The notes beneath the pieces are model-generated. The model searched no databases. It saw nothing but the letters and a program-made list of their open reading frames with translations, and was not told where the DNA came from. Made by a program: the position numbers and the translations under genes. From the human T2T-CHM13v2.0 reference genome, Homo sapiens, in NCBI GenBank assembly GCA_009914755.4, contig CP086569.2:12736001-12800000 (forward strand): a stretch of DNA of 64,000 nucleotides. The letters run 5' to 3'. The stretch's first letter is position 1. Each line of letters opens with the position of its first letter. Shown here piece by piece: positions 38,707-50,994 of this stretch.

Positions 38707-39560
38707 TTATATCCCACTAAAATTCACAGGTTGAAGCCCAAACACCCGGGACCTCAGAATGTGATTTTGTTTAGAGATAGGGATTTTAAAGAGATAACCA
38801 AGGTAAAGTGAGGTCACTATGGTGGGCCCTGATGCAATGTGACTTGTGTCCTTATAAGAAGAGGAGATGAGGACAGAGACAAACACAGACGGGCCACCCT
38901 GTGAGGACGCAGGGAGAAGATGGTGTCTACAAGCCCATGAGAGAGACCTCAGGAGGAACCAGCCCTGCCCACACCTTGATCTCTGACTTCCAGCCTTCAG
39001 GACTATGGGAGAATAAATGTTTGTTGTTTATAAGCTGACCAATCTATGGTATTCTGTGATAGCAGCCTGAAATGAACTAAGACACCTGATAAGATAAGAA
39101 GAGGAGATAAAGACACAGACGCACACAGAAAGATGACCCTGTGAAGACACAGGGAGAAGATGGCATCTGCAAGTCAAGAAGAGAGGCCTCAGGAAGAATC
39201 AGCCCTGCCCACACCTTGATCTCCGACCTCTAGCCTCCAGGACTGTGAGAGAATAAATGTCTGTTGTTTCAGCTGTCCAGTCTGTGGTATTCTGTTACAG
39301 CAGTCTAAAATGGACTAAGACATCTTATAAGAAGAGATGAGGACACACACATGCACACAGAGGGATGACCACATGAGAACATATGGAGAAGATGGCATCT
39401 ACAAGCCCATGAGAGAGGCTTTGGGAGGAACCAGCCCTGCCCACACCTTGATCTTGGACTTTCATGCTCCACGATGGTAGGAGAATAAATGTCTGTTGTT
39501 GAAGCTCCCTAGCCTTGGGTATTTTATTGTGATGCCTCAAGCAGACTGATAAACTATCCA
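38707..39560 (+). mobile_element. MLT1-like MaLR LTR: one full unit followed by two tandem 3' half-units of about 235 bp each
   Basis: The full unit tatcccactaaaattcacaggttgaagcccaaacaccc...gtccttataagaagaggagatgaggacagagacaaacacagacgggccaccctgtgaggacgcagggagaagatggtgtctacaagcc...ggagaataaatgtttgttgtttataagctgaccaatctatggtattctgtgatagcagcctgaaatgaactaagaca is followed by two further units, each starting ataaga(taa)gaagag(g)agat and ending ..gaataaatgtctgttgtt..ggtattctgttacagcag.. / ..gggtattttattgtgatgcctcaagcagactgataaac. Confidence 0.65.
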
Positions 39561-41056
39561 TTGTTTGTGGTCCAGTGGGGATTCCAAGTGATGGTTTTGC
39601 TTTGTGTAGAAGGAAAGAGTCAAATCCAAGCAGGAGAGTAAATGAGACAATCTCAAGGTTCTAATGGAACATGGGTTCAATTTCTGTCCCATGGATGAAA
39701 GGCCTCTGGAGGGCATGTGTCAGATTTGGGGGGTGGCACAAGATTCTGTTTCTGAGATGGGTTCTGTCTGTGGAATTCATGAATGGGTAGGTGGAGGAGA
39801 AGACACAGAGTCTGATGGGGCTGGCCTGGAACCTACACTAGCAGACTTGCTGGTATCAGTGAGATTTAGCTACTGTGCCCTGTGAGGAAATATTTACTGT
39901 GATTAATCTTTTAATAACACTCCATTTTAATTGTACCACCTGAAGCAACTTGCCTCCCAAAACAGTTCCTGTAACCAAAGGGTTTATTTATATGTGAAGA
40001 ATTAAACTAGAATTAAGCCAGATGGAGATTCACACATTCCTGCCTTTGTCTCCTCCTGGATTAAAAATATTTGGAGAGTGAAACTGTTTCTCCAAAGACT
40101 GGAAGTGTTAAAGTTCATATGCATTAATTTATTGAAAATGTAATCCAAACAGGATTTTCACCATTCCTTTCTATTTTTGATTAGTTTTTGGCTTGAGTTT
40201 ACTGCTTTCCTCCCCAACTACCCCAATTTTTATTATTATTACTACTTTTATTTCTGAAGGCATACCCAAAAAATAAAAGCAGAAAATGATTTAACAAGGT
40301 TTCCCTCCTAAGGCATTTTTGTGATCCAAAGTGTCACTGAAGTCATTTTAAATTTATATATTTTCATGAAGAAAAATATATCTCTTCCATGCATATTAAG
40401 ATATAATTACAGCCAAATCATAAACTGTGTCTGCTCCAAATGCCAGAGGAATGAAGAAAACAGATTCTTCCCTCTCCAGTAACATACAAATGCATTACAT
40501 TATTTTTGTGTCTTCTTTTAGCCAACTTTAAAATGACAACATACAAAGGATATTCAAGTTGGGTAATTAACATTCTAATAGGTTTGAAGTTTATAGAACT
40601 CTTGCGTGATACCATCAAGTCATCTTTGATCTACTAAATGACAAATACGCCTACTCTTCACTTCTCTCAATTTCTTCCCTGCAGTGATCATACTACATTT
40701 GCTATCATCACCGTATCTGAAATAGTGGCTTTCAGAATTCACCAAGACTCTGGGTCCTTCCAACTCACTTTCTGTAGGGTGTTCACTGTGCCATATGGGT
40801 GCGGATGCATGGACCAAACCACTTTTATTTCAATGTCATGGCTGGAAACCACATTACCCTGCAAACACCCTTAGTGCTCTTGTCCTCTCTCTGGTAATAG
40901 GATGCAACCTCAATTCTGCTTCAATCCCATCTGCCAACTCACCTGAGCTAGATGTTTCTGGAAAAAAGAAAACACCATGGTGCCAATTTGTCTGTAGTAT
41001 CATTCTCTCCTAGTAAATTTATGTTTCCCACTTTTCTAAAATCATTACAGTAGCCC

Positions 41057-41395
41057 CTTCTTATTTTTGATTTTGCTTTCCACGGTTTCAGTTATCTGTG
41101 ATCAACCACAGTCTAAACATATTAAAATAAATATTCCGGAAATGAACAATGCATAAGTTTTTAATTGAATGCTGTTATGAGAAGCATGATGAAGTTTCAT
41201 AGCATCTTGCTCTGTGGCCGCAAGGACAGGATCATCGCTTTGCCAGCACATTCACGTTGTACAAACTACCTCCCTGTTAATCACTTGGGTGCAAAGAGAT
41301 CACATTCCTATAGTGTTCATTACAGCATACTGTGATAATTGTATCCCACATAGATAAGAGGTGAACTACTGTCTTTACATCTTACCATCACTGAC
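41057..41395 (+). mobile_element. Tigger1-like DNA transposon 5' fragment
   Basis: ta|cagtagccccttcttatttttgattttgctttccacggtttcagttatctgtgatcaaccacagtctaaacatattaaaataaatattccggaaatgaacaatgcataagtttttaattgaatgctgttatgagaagcatgatgaagtttcatagcatcttgctctg... is colinear with the Tigger1 5' end (CAGTAGTCCCCCCTTATCCGCGG...GGTTTCAGTTACC.GCGGTCAACCGCGGTC.GAAAATATTAAATGGAAAATTCCAGAAATAAACAATTCATAAGTTTTAAATTGCGCGCCGTTCTGAGTAGCGTGATGAAATCTCGCGCC). Confidence 0.6.
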
Positions 41396-42201
41396 CCTAA
41401 GACCAAAATATCCCCTCCCCAGTTTAATCTAACAAACTTGCCTTAAATCTTACAGGGAAAATACATCCTGTGAGATGAGATAAATTTCACCTTTTTACTA
41501 CCAATCCCACCCATCCTCTGGAGACACACTCACCTTCTCTCTATTCTTTCTGGTTAAAATAAATGTATTTCTGTGCTTATTAACTTTGAAGATCTCCTAA
41601 CTTGATCTCCTGCTGCTGGCAGCTTGGGGTAATTCCCACATTCCCACAGGGCTGTTCTCCTTAGACAGCCTACCCTTTGGTCACAACCGACCACAGGGAC
41701 TACTGGTCTCCCAGTTCCATTGCATGCAAGTGACTTCAAAGACTGGCTGTCAAGGCTGCTCTGCCTAAGGGTTTGTACAGAGTTCAGACCTTATTTTCTT
41801 GGGGTTGGGGAGATGATGAATGCCTTTCAAATTATCCTCAAATAAAAGCAATGGGATGAGGAGATATATACCTCCTCCTTGCAGAAATAGTCCTGTTGCT
41901 CATTCTACAAAAATGTGCAGAGTTTCCACAATGGGGCTGAAACTCTGCTGTAATAGCCAACATTTTTACCTTCCTTTTTTTTTTCCCACTTATTCCAGCT
42001 TCTTCAGACAACCTCCCAAATAAACTACCTCTCCCAGGTCCCTCACTTGGGCTCTGCTTTTGGTGGAAATTGAACTTAAACACCCACCTAAACACTCAAC
42101 AGGAAATCTCTGCTTCTCCATCAAAGAGAATAAAAAGTCTCATCCTTCCCGTGAGAGCTAGAAAAAGGCTCACCTCAAAAGAGAAAGTCTAGGAAAAGCC
42201 T

Positions 42202-42415
42202 GGCCAACATGGTGAAACTCCGTCTCTCCTAAAATACAAAAAAATTAGGTAGATATGGTGGCAGGCACCTGTAATCCTAGCTACTCAGGAGCCTGAGTCA
42301 CAAGAATTGTGTAAACCTGGGAGGTGGAGGTTGCAGTGATCAGAGATTGCACCACTGCACTCCAGCCTAGGTGACAGACTCAGACTTTTTCTCAAAAAAA
42401 AAAAAAAAAAAAAAA
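42202..42415 (+). mobile_element. Alu SINE, 5'-truncated (starts at about Alu position 75), with an A(22) tail and a TSD
   Basis: ggccaacatggtgaaactccgtctctcctaaaatacaaaaaaattaggtagatatggtggcaggcacctgtaatcctagctactcaggagcctgagtcacaagaattgtgtaaacctgggaggtggaggttgcagtgatcagagattgcaccactgcactccagcctaggtgacagactcagactttttctcaaaaaaa... TSD aggaaaagcctgg / aaggaaagcctgg. Confidence 0.85.
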
Positions 42416-43855
42416 GGAAAGCCTGGGAAAGTCTTTTCTCAAGATGTCCTAGAAGGTAACCCACTACCCAATCTATGGTGGTAGCATTCATTAATAAAAA
42501 CAAAAAAAACTTCATAACATGGTGGATAACATATGCACACTGAAGTATTTTTTGAGTCAATGCCATTTTATTTTATTACAATTTCAAATTTTATTTTAGA
42601 TTCAGGGGCCATATGCGCAGATGTGTTACATGGTATATTTCATGATGCTGAGGTTTGGAGTATAAATGATCCCATGATCAGGTACTGAACTTAGTACCCA
42701 ATAGGTAGGATTTTAGCCCTTGTCCCCTTCCCTCCTTTCTCTCTTTAATAGTCCCCAGTGTCTATTTTCCCATCTTTATGTATATTTTTCCCATCCTTAT
42801 AATTGGGAGCTACCCAGTGTTTAGCTCCCAATTATAAGTGAGAACCCGAGGTATTTGTTTTCTGTTCCTGTATTCATTTGCTTAGAATGATGAACTCTGG
42901 CTGCATCCATGTTGCTGCTAATGACATAATCTCATTCTTTTTTACGGCTGCATAGTATTCCATGATGCATAGTGAATATTCTTAGAAATTGCTAAGAAAT
43001 ACTGGCATGTATTTCACTGCAACAAAAAGACATTCAAATGTGTGAGATGCTGCAAGATGAAATAGTTTTCCTGAGAATCCATGATCCAGGGCTTAGGGAT
43101 ATTTGCTATTGATGCTATGGTGATAATTCAAGCATCAGATCAGTATTATGTCATAACTATGCCTCTTTGTTGCATGGGTGGTCATCTGAGCCACATATTT
43201 TTGATGTCAACACAGCATTCTGGTGATAGGAAAACAAATCAACAAAATCTGGAGGAAGGAGTTGATGGCAGCTGACCAAAGGAGATGGAAGGCATGCCAT
43301 GGGTCCTCCAGGTTGGGGTAGACATACGTTTGCCAGCCCAGGCTCTCACTTCTGCTTTCAGGTATCATTCTTAGTGCTCTCTGGCACTCTCCACAGCGTC
43401 TTGGTTGGAAACACACATTCCTAGTCCATTCTAGGAAGAGTGGGTCTCTGTGGAAATAGCCGCAGTGAATACAAGACAGAGATGCAGTTGCAAGGAGAGC
43501 CATCCTGTGCTCACAAACTGAGACAATCAGCAACATTAATCGCATTTGCAAGCTTCATTCCCCTTTGATGTCTAACCAAGTCTATTCACATGTTCCAGGG
43601 ATTGCAACGTGCCCATCCTTGGTGGGTCTTATTCTGCTTACCACCAAGCTAAATACCCTAAGATCTGATGAGCTAAAGATGGAATTACATGCTGAGAAGC
43701 ACTGCTTTATTTCTGTTTTAACTTTTGGGTCCAGCCCCTGTTTGGTTCCTCTGAGAGCCAGAAAAAAGCTTACCTCAAAACAGGAAGGCTGGGAAAATCT
43801 CACTTAATCAGGACATTTATCTCAGTGGTAGACAGAATAACACTCACTGAGGATG

Positions 43856-44215
43856 TTGTTTTAGTCTGTTTTCACACTGCTATAAAGAATTGCCTGAGAC
43901 TGGGTAATTTATAAAGGAAAGAGGTTTAATTGATTCACAGTTCCACATGGCTGGGGAGACCTCAGGAAACTTACAGTCATGGTGAATGGTGAAGGAGAAC
44001 CAAGACACGTCTAAATGGCAGCAAGCAAGAGACAGTCAAAAAGGAGAAATTGCCACTTATAAGACCATGAGATCTTGAGAGAACCCACTATCACAAGACA
44101 GCACGGGGCAAATCACCCCAAGATCTAATCACCTTCCACCAGGTCACTCTCTCAACACCTGGAGATTACAATTCAAGATGACATCTGGGTGGGAACAAAG
44201 AGCCGAGCCATATCA
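43856..44215 (-). mobile_element. MaLR LTR, THE1/MST-like solo LTR
   Basis: gttttagtctgttttcacactgctataaagaattgcctgagactgggtaatttataaaggaaagaggtttaattgattcacagttccacatggctggggagacctcaggaaacttacagtcatggtgaatggtgaaggagaaccaag...gggtgggaacaaagagccgagccatatcag. Same family and orientation as 3851-4231. Confidence 0.7.
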
Positions 44216-46152
44216 GATGTGCACATCACAATCCCTGGAACATGTTAACAGACTTAATTAGATGTCATGGGGAATGAAGGCTGCAGATGCAAAAAAAAGT
44301 TGCTAATTGGCTGACTTTAAAAAGTGGGAGTTTTATCCTGGAATATCCAGGTAGATTCACTGTCATTAAAAGAGTCCTTAAAAGTGGAAGAGGGAGAAAG
44401 AAGAGAGTGCAAAGGGATTTGACTACCCAAAAAAAGCACAGAGAGATGCACCTTGCAGGCTTTGAAGATGGAGGAAGAAGATCTCTAGAAGCTGAAAAAG
44501 GGGAGAAAAAGGATTCTCCCCTAACCTGGAGCACAGCCCTGCTGACACCTTGATTTTAGTCCACTAAGACTCAAGTCAGACTTCTGACCTCCATATCTGC
44601 CAGACTAAACTGGTGTTGTTTTGAACCAGTAAGTTTGTAGTGATTTGTTACAGCAGCAAATAGGAGACTTATACACTCACTTTCACTTCCATTTTTGCAG
44701 TTGACATCTAAGTGGTCTCTCTGCATTCTTGCATGTTGCTATTGGGTTAAGCTTTCTTAATGCATGGCTTTTCTTGTTCTCATTCTCAACAACAAAACAA
44801 TACAAATCACTTTCAATGGCTTGGAAGGCATGAATTTTCCACAACCTTCTTAGCTGGGCATCCAATATCCCCAACTGTATTACCATGACCTCCACTTCTA
44901 GTGTTATTTCTTACTGCTTCCTTGCACATTTTCTATGTGTTCCTGGCAGACTGGACAATTTTCTATTCCTCAAACCTGCTCAAGTTTCTGTAAACCAAAA
45001 AGTATTTGACATAGATCCCAATAAGCTTAGAAGTTTCTTTTGCCAAGGTTAAGGACATGCCCAGAAGAAATAAACATGGAATCAGAGAAACAGTCTCTGG
45101 CCTGTGCCGTTCTCCAAAGATGATTCTGAAGCCTTCAGTGTTTAAAGGGGAGAAGTGGGTTTGAAGGGAAAAAGGGCGGGTATGGTCACATTACTGAATC
45201 AAAATTGCAAGAGAAAGGGAGCAAGAGGGGCAGTAGTCAAGCATATATTTGTCTCACGTTTAGGAAATTAGCACTTTGCATAAGGTGAACCTAGCTTATG
45301 TAGCTACCTTTGGAGATGTTTAACCTTTTATCTGTAGCTATCTGCTTAGGAATGAAAGGAAAGGCATCTTCTTGCATGATTCGACTTTCAGCTTGTTCTT
45401 TCCTTTTGGAAGAGTGAATTGAGGTCCTGAGTTTTTATGTTTTCTTTCACATTTCATTATGTCTGTGTCTATGTCTGTACCTCCTATATGGCTGGCATTG
45501 CCTTTGAATTCTATCTTTTCCTAACAAATGTCTATTCATTGATTCATTTCAAGGGAGCGTAAGGCTATTGTCTCTCACTGTTTTACAGTAACGGCTGTTG
45601 TTTTACCTTGCAGTACAGTGTGTGTACATGCCTGAGTGTTTATGTACTTGCCTGTGGGTTTACGCACATGTGTTATAATGCCATGCCCATTTGACAACTC
45701 TTATAGGATCCTGGGAGATGCATCAGACATTTAGTAATAAGACACACATGTCAGCTTACATTTCCAAAAGAAGGAAATAAAATGAACATCACATTTCATG
45801 TGATGCAATCTTTTTATCCTTAATCCTTGAAAAAAGCCTACCAGCAGATGGAAACATCTCTATTTTCAGAGTGATGAAGCCGGCATCCATAATGTATGTG
45901 TACGGTTTAGGACTCATGATCTAGTGAGTGATCAGGGTCAGACTCAAACCCGGTGTTTTGAGTCTGAGCTTTTTGTTGCACCACTTTTTTTTTATACATA
46001 ATGAGCCCCAAGGAAATATTCTTAGATTGGTTTGTTTCATCAGGTAAATCTCAGCCATTCTGAAAAAAGTTCAGGGCAAGTTATTGAAAGCCTGTCCTTG
46101 TTCTGTCCACTAGGATTGAGTCAGAAAGGAAAAAAAATGTGACGGGCTTAAT

Positions 46153-46765
46153 TGTATCCCCCTAAAATTCATATATTGAAGTCCTCAACTCCAGGACATC
46201 AAAATGTGGCTGTATTTGGAGACAGGGTCTTTAAAGAGGTGATTAAGGTAAAACGAGGTCATTAGGGTGAACCCTGATCCAATGGACTGGTGTCCTCATA
46301 AGAGGAGGAGATGAGGACACAGACACACACAGAGGGATGACCACGTGAGGACACAGGGAGAAGATGGCATCTACAAGCCCAGGAGAGAGGCCTCAGGAGG
46401 AACCAGCCCTGCCCAAACCTTTATCTCCAACTTCCAGCCTCCAGGACTGTGCGAGAATAAATGTCTGTTGTTTAAGCCACCCAGTCTATGCTATTCTGTT
46501 ATAGCAGCCTGAAATGGACTAAGACATCTCATTAGAAGAGGCAATGAGGACACAGACACACACGGAGAGATGACCCTGTGAGGGCCCAGAGAGAAGACGG
46601 TGTCTACGAACCAAAGAAAGAAGTCTCAGGAGGAACCAGCCCTGCCCATACCTTGATCTCACACCTCCAGCCTCCAAGACTGAAGGAGAATAAATGTCTG
46701 TTTCTTAAGCCCCCTGGTCTGTGGACCTTTGTTACAATGGCCTCAGCTGACTCATACAATGGTCT
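46153..46765 (+). mobile_element. MLT1-like MaLR LTR: a full unit plus a tandem 3' half-unit
   Basis: attgtatccccctaaaattcatatattgaagtcctcaactccaggacatcaaaatgtggctgtatttggagacagggtctttaaagaggtgattaaggtaaaacgaggtcattagggtgaaccctgatccaatggactggtgtcctcataagaggaggagatgaggacacagacacacacagagggatgaccacgtgaggacacagggagaagatggcatctacaagcc...gagaataaatgtctgttgtttaagccacccagtctatgctattctgttatagcagcctgaaatggactaagacatctcat, followed by tagaagaggcaatgaggacacagacacacacggagagatgaccctgtgagggcccagagagaag...ggagaataaatgtctgtttcttaagccccctggtctgtgg. Confidence 0.7.
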
Positions 46766-47973
46766 TGTGTGGCCCTGTACTCAGGACAGCTAGGGTCTGT
46801 GGTATCTTTACAGAGACAGAACAGTTTACAGACTGCATAGCCAGTTCTGAACACATTCACTGCTTTACTTAGGTTACTTGCCACTGTCTTTGTTTTGGGA
46901 AACAAAAAATCACAGAGGTGACTTTACTGAAACCTCAGTGCAAACTGTTTGCAAATAGTCTCTTACTGGGTAATTGACAGGACTCAGTATAAATGGGAAA
47001 TAGAAAGTGTCTGACACATGAGCCACTTTTGGCTAACGTTTCTAGCTCTGGCCATCTGGGAATTCCAGGGGGCATCAGAATAATCTTGTGGAGGGTCCCC
47101 TTGTAGAGTAATTGATCTTAAATTAAAGTCTTAGCTGGGTCCTGAGAGACTTTAAAACTGGCAAGCCACCTAGATGCAGAATCTTTATTATAACACCGAA
47201 AATGGAATTAATTATCAATGGTATGCACTCAAGACATACTTAGAGTGCCCTTGAATTAGTGGCAAATATTTTGCTTAAATTTCTGTCCAAAACATGGATT
47301 GCTTTCTGGAATGTGGGAGGGATGAGAGTTACAAATGCGTAGTTGTGTCCATGCTCACATCCTACACAATCATTCATTGGACTGCCAGAGAATTAGCTTT
47401 CCAGACTTCCTAACCTTCTCAGCAGGACTCTAAAAATACAGAAAGCCCACATGTATTTTCATTCTTATGGAATGTTATCCTTTTGAAAAGTATTGCCCAA
47501 GAGTGGAGGCAGCAGAATGACTGACTTGTGGAAAACAGGTGCCTCTGGCAGGGTAATTTCTCATGGACTGTGACTTCTTCATGGCTGCTCTGGCTCCAGC
47601 TGGAATTCACGGAGAGCCCCCGTGACTTTAACTTCACCACCATAAACCATAAGGCACAGAGACACCTAATGCAGTCTCATCACATGGAAAAAACCATGTG
47701 AGAGGACAGATAGATTATATTTCTATTTTAATAATATCTATATGGATTCCATAACAGCATGTTGTAAACCTCACATACACACAATCAAATTTACTTAAGG
47801 AATTTTAAATGAGAACATTTGGTATTTGGTTTTCATGTGGATAACCTTTCCCTAGAAACAAAGGTGGAAAATATGACTTGAACAGACAAAGAATTCTGTG
47901 AGGCTATTTTGAAAAATAACTGAATGGCTGCATCTATTGCAACATCGTCACCTTTAACTTTATTGATTGTTAC

Positions 47974-48269
47974 TTTTTTTTTTTTTTTTTGAGACAGAGT
48001 CTCACTCTGTAACCCAGGCTGCAGTGCAGCAGCACAATCTCAGCTCACTGCAATTTCCACCTCCTGGGTTCAAGCAATTCTCTGCCTCAGCCTCCTGAGT
48101 AGCTGGGATTGCAGCTGCTGGATACCACACCTGGCTAATTTTTATATTTTTAGTAGAGACGCGGTTTCACCGTTTTAGCCAGGCTGGTCTGGAACTCCTG
48201 ACCTCGTGATCCACCTGCCTTGGCCTCTCAAATTGCTGGGATTACAGGCAAGAGCCACTACACCCTGCC
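47974..48269 (-). mobile_element. Alu SINE, first of a head-to-tail pair in minus orientation
   Basis: t(17) gagacagagtctcactctgtaacccaggctgcagtgcagcagcacaatctcagctcactgcaatttccacctcctgggttcaagc...agccaggctggtctggaactcctgacctcgtgatccacctgccttggcctctcaaattgctgggattacaggcaagagccactacaccctgcc. Confidence 0.9.
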
Positions 48270-48273
48270 ACAC

Positions 48274-48567
48274 TTTTTTTTTTTTTTTTTGACAGTTTCC
48301 CTCTGTTGCCCTGGTTGGAGTGCAGTGGTATGATCTTGGCTCACTGCAACCTTTGCCTCTCAGATTCAAGTGATTCTCCTGCCTCAGCCTCACGTGTAGC
48401 TGTGACTACAAGCACATGCCATCACGCCCAGAACATTTTTGTATTTTTAGTAGCGATGGGGTTTTGCCATGTTGGCCAGGCTGCTCTCAAACTCCTGACA
48501 TCAAGTGATCCGCCCACTTCATCCTCCCAAAGTGCTAGGATTACAGGTGTGAGCCATTGTGCCTGGC
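48274..48567 (-). mobile_element. Alu SINE, second of the pair in minus orientation. The pair occupies a single target site (flanks tgattgttac / tgattagttac).
   Basis: t(16) gacagtttccctctgttgccctggttggagtgcagtggtatgatcttggctcactgcaacctttgcctctcagattcaag...ggccaggctgctctcaaactcctgacatcaagtgatccgcccacttcatcctcccaaagtgctaggattacaggtgtgagccattgtgcctggc. An uninterrupted paralogous site is at 51945-51975 (..ttttactgatagtaacttttgaagctggatattcaaa..). Confidence 0.9.
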
Positions 48568-48980
48568 TGATTAGTTACTTTTGAAGCTTGATATTCAAAT
48601 GTATATACCATATGATACTTAGAAATAATAAAATACTTAGAAAAATAAAACAAAAAGATGAACTAAGAGAAACTGGCCGTTAGATGTCTACAAGAATTTG
48701 CAAACAGTCACAGCAGGCTCTGTAGCATTACTGGTTTGGTGACCATCTTAAATCAAGATATCCCAGAGGATGGAATGAGCTTTAATGGGGAATGCAGGTA
48801 GAATCTCCAAACCTAAAAAGTAATTTATCACTAACTTGAGAGGTCCTTTGTATCCCAATGGACATTTGGATCTCTCTGTGTGTGTGTATGTGTTTGTGTA
48901 TGGGTGTGGGTGGGTAGATGTTATGTCTTGAGTTCTAGGGAGCAAAGATGATAACATGGATGGTGAAGGAACTTATTATG

Positions 48981-49664
48981 GGCTGAATTCTGTCCCTAGA
49001 AATTCATATGCTGAAGTCGTAATTCCTCGTGCCATGGAAGATAGTTGTATCTGGGGATTGGGTCTTTCACGAGGTAATTAAGTTGCTGAGGTCATTAGGC
49101 CAGACCCTAATTTAATACAACTCGTGGACTTATGATATCGTCTAAATGCTTGTGTCCTCCTAAAATTCAATGTTGAAATTCTTACTCTGAAGGTTTAAGA
49201 AAAGCCTCCTGAATGGAATGAGTGCCCTTACAAAAGGGACCTCAGAGAACTCCCTTACCCCTTTCACCATGTGAGGACATAGTGAGAAGGTGCCATCTGT
49301 GAATCCGGAAGTGGGGCCTCACCAGACACCAAATCCGCCATGCTTTTAACTTGGATTTCCAGCCTCCAGAAGCGCAAGCAATAAATTTCTGTTGTTTATA
49401 AGTCTCCCAGTCTATGGTATTCTGTTGTAGAAGCCTGAAATGGACTAATACACTTTATGAGAAGAGACGATGAGGACACAGACACACACAGAGAGATGAC
49501 CTGGTGAGGACACAGGGAGAAGATGGTGTCTACAAGCTCTGGACCAAGGCCTCACGTGGAGCCAGCCCTGCTCACAGCTTTATACCAGACTTCCAGCCTC
49601 CAGCACTGTGAGAGAATAATGTCTGTTGTTTATAATCCACCCCGTCCATGGTATTTTGTGATAC
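48981..49664 (+). mobile_element. MLT1-like MaLR LTR cluster: a 5' partial unit, a full unit, and a tandem 3' half-unit
   Basis: gctgaattctgtccctagaaattcatatgctgaagtcgtaattcctcg... ; ...gtcctcctaaaattcaatgttgaaattcttactctgaagg...ccctttcaccatgtgaggacatagtgagaaggtgccatctgtgaatcc...ccagcctccagaagcgcaagcaataaatttctgttgtttataagtctcccagtctatggtattctgttgtagaagcctgaaatggactaatacac ; then the half-unit tttatgagaagagacgatgaggacacagacacacacagagagatgacctggtgaggacacagggagaagatggtgtctacaagc...gagagaataatgtctgttgtttataatccaccccgtccatggtattttgtgatac. Confidence 0.65.
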
Positions 49665-50990
49665 TGTGTCCAAAATTGGTGGGTTCTTGGTCTCTCTGAC
49701 TTTAAGAACGAAGCCGCAGAACCTCCCAGTGAGTGTTACTTTTCTTAAGATGGTGTGTCTAAAGTTTGTTCCTTCTGATGTTCGGACGTGTTCAGAGTAA
49801 TTTCCTTCTTGTGGGTTTGTAGTCTCGCTGGCCTCAGGAGTGAAGCTGCAGACCTTCGCAGTGAGTGTTACAGCTCTTAAAGGCAGCATGTCTGGAGTTG
49901 CTGGTTCCTTCTGGTGGGTTCCTGGTCTCCCTGGCTTCAGGAGTGAAGCTGCAGATCTTCATGGTGAGTGTTACAGCTCACAAAGTCCAGGGACCCAAAG
50001 AATGAGCAGCAGCAAGACTTAACTGTGAAGAGCTAAAGAACAAATCTTCCCCAACCAGGAAAGGGACCAGTAGCCTGCTTTTATTCCCTTATCTGGCCCC
50101 ACCCACATCCTGCTCATTGGTCCATTTTACAGAGAGCTGATTGGTCAGTTTTACAGACTGCTGATTGGTGTGTTTACAATCCCAGAGCTAGACACAGAGT
50201 GCTGATTGGTGCATTTACAATCCTCTAGCTAGACATAAAAGTTCTCCAAGTCCCCACTAGATTAGCTAGACACAGAGCACTGATCAGTGCATTTACAAAC
50301 CTTGAGCTAGACACAAAGTGCTGATTGGTGCATTTACAATCGTTTAGCTAGACACAAAAGTTCTTCAAATCCCCACAGACTCAGGAGCCCAGGTGGCTTC
50401 TCCTAGTGGATCCTGCGCCGGGGCCTCCGATGGAGCTGCCTGCCAGTCCCACGTGGCATGCCCGCACTCCTCAGCCCTTGGGGGGTGGATGGGACCAGGT
50501 GCCACAGAGCAGGGGGTGGCACCCGTCAGGGAGGCTCACGTGTGCGGGAGCCCATAGTGGGGCAGACTCCAGCATCCCGGGCTGCTGGTCGGGAGCCCTG
50601 CCCCGAGGGGAGGTTGCTGAGTCTCTGCGGGAATTTGAGCGCAGCAGTGGGCCGGTAATGCTGGGGGACCCACGCAGCCTCCGCAGCTGCTGGCCCAGGT
50701 GCTAAGCACCTCACTTCCCAGGGCTGGCCACCCTAAGTGTGGGGTCTGCCGAGCCAGCGCCTACACAGAACTCAAGCTGGCACCAGAGTGCTGCCCACAG
50801 TCACGGTTCCCGCTGGCGCCTCTCCCTCCACACCTCCTGGCAAGCAGAGGGAGCCAGCTCCACCTCTGTCAGCCCAGAGAGGGGCTCCCACAGTGCAGCG
50901 GTGAGCAGAAGGTCTCCTCAAGCACAGCCAGAGTGGATGCCCAGGCCAAGGAGGTGCTGAGCGAGTGAGGGCTGCTAGTACATTGTCACC
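49665..50990 (+). mobile_element. ERV9-type LTR12 solo LTR: 5' end and U3 tandem enhancer repeats present; truncated before the promoter/R/U5
   Basis: tgtgtccaaaattggtgggttcttggtctctctgactttaagaacgaagccgcagaacctcccagtgagtgttac... (LTR12 5' arm). The U3 repeats are ctgattggtcagttttacagactgctgattggtgtgtttacaatcccagagctagacacagagtgctgattggtgcatttacaatcctctagctagacataaaagttctccaagtccccac... (ATTGG/CCAAT and GATA-like motifs in units of about 40 bp). A GC-rich segment follows, ending ..gagcgagtgagggctgctagtacattgtcacctctc. The expected next segment ACTGTGAAAGCTTTGTTCTTTCGCTCTTTGCAATAAA... is absent. Confidence 0.75.
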
Positions 50991-50994
50991 TCTC

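Noticed and set aside
43207-43551. 114-aa minus-strand ORF (MQMRLMLLIVSVCEHRMALLATASLSCIHCGYF...)
   Set aside because: It is Cys-rich, but there is no recognisable zinc-finger spacing or other domain, and no flanking exon signals. It is most likely chance.
42140-43815. Two paralogous roughly 50-100-bp segments (..gagagctagaaaaaggctcacctcaaaagagaaagtctaggaaaagcctgg.. and ..gagagccagaaaaaagcttacctcaaaacaggaaggctgggaaaatct..) 1.6 kb apart
   Set aside because: They are short, about 80% similar and lack other structure. Most likely they are fragments of an old unrecognised interspersed repeat. Noted only because the first is the insertion site of the Alu at 42202-42415.
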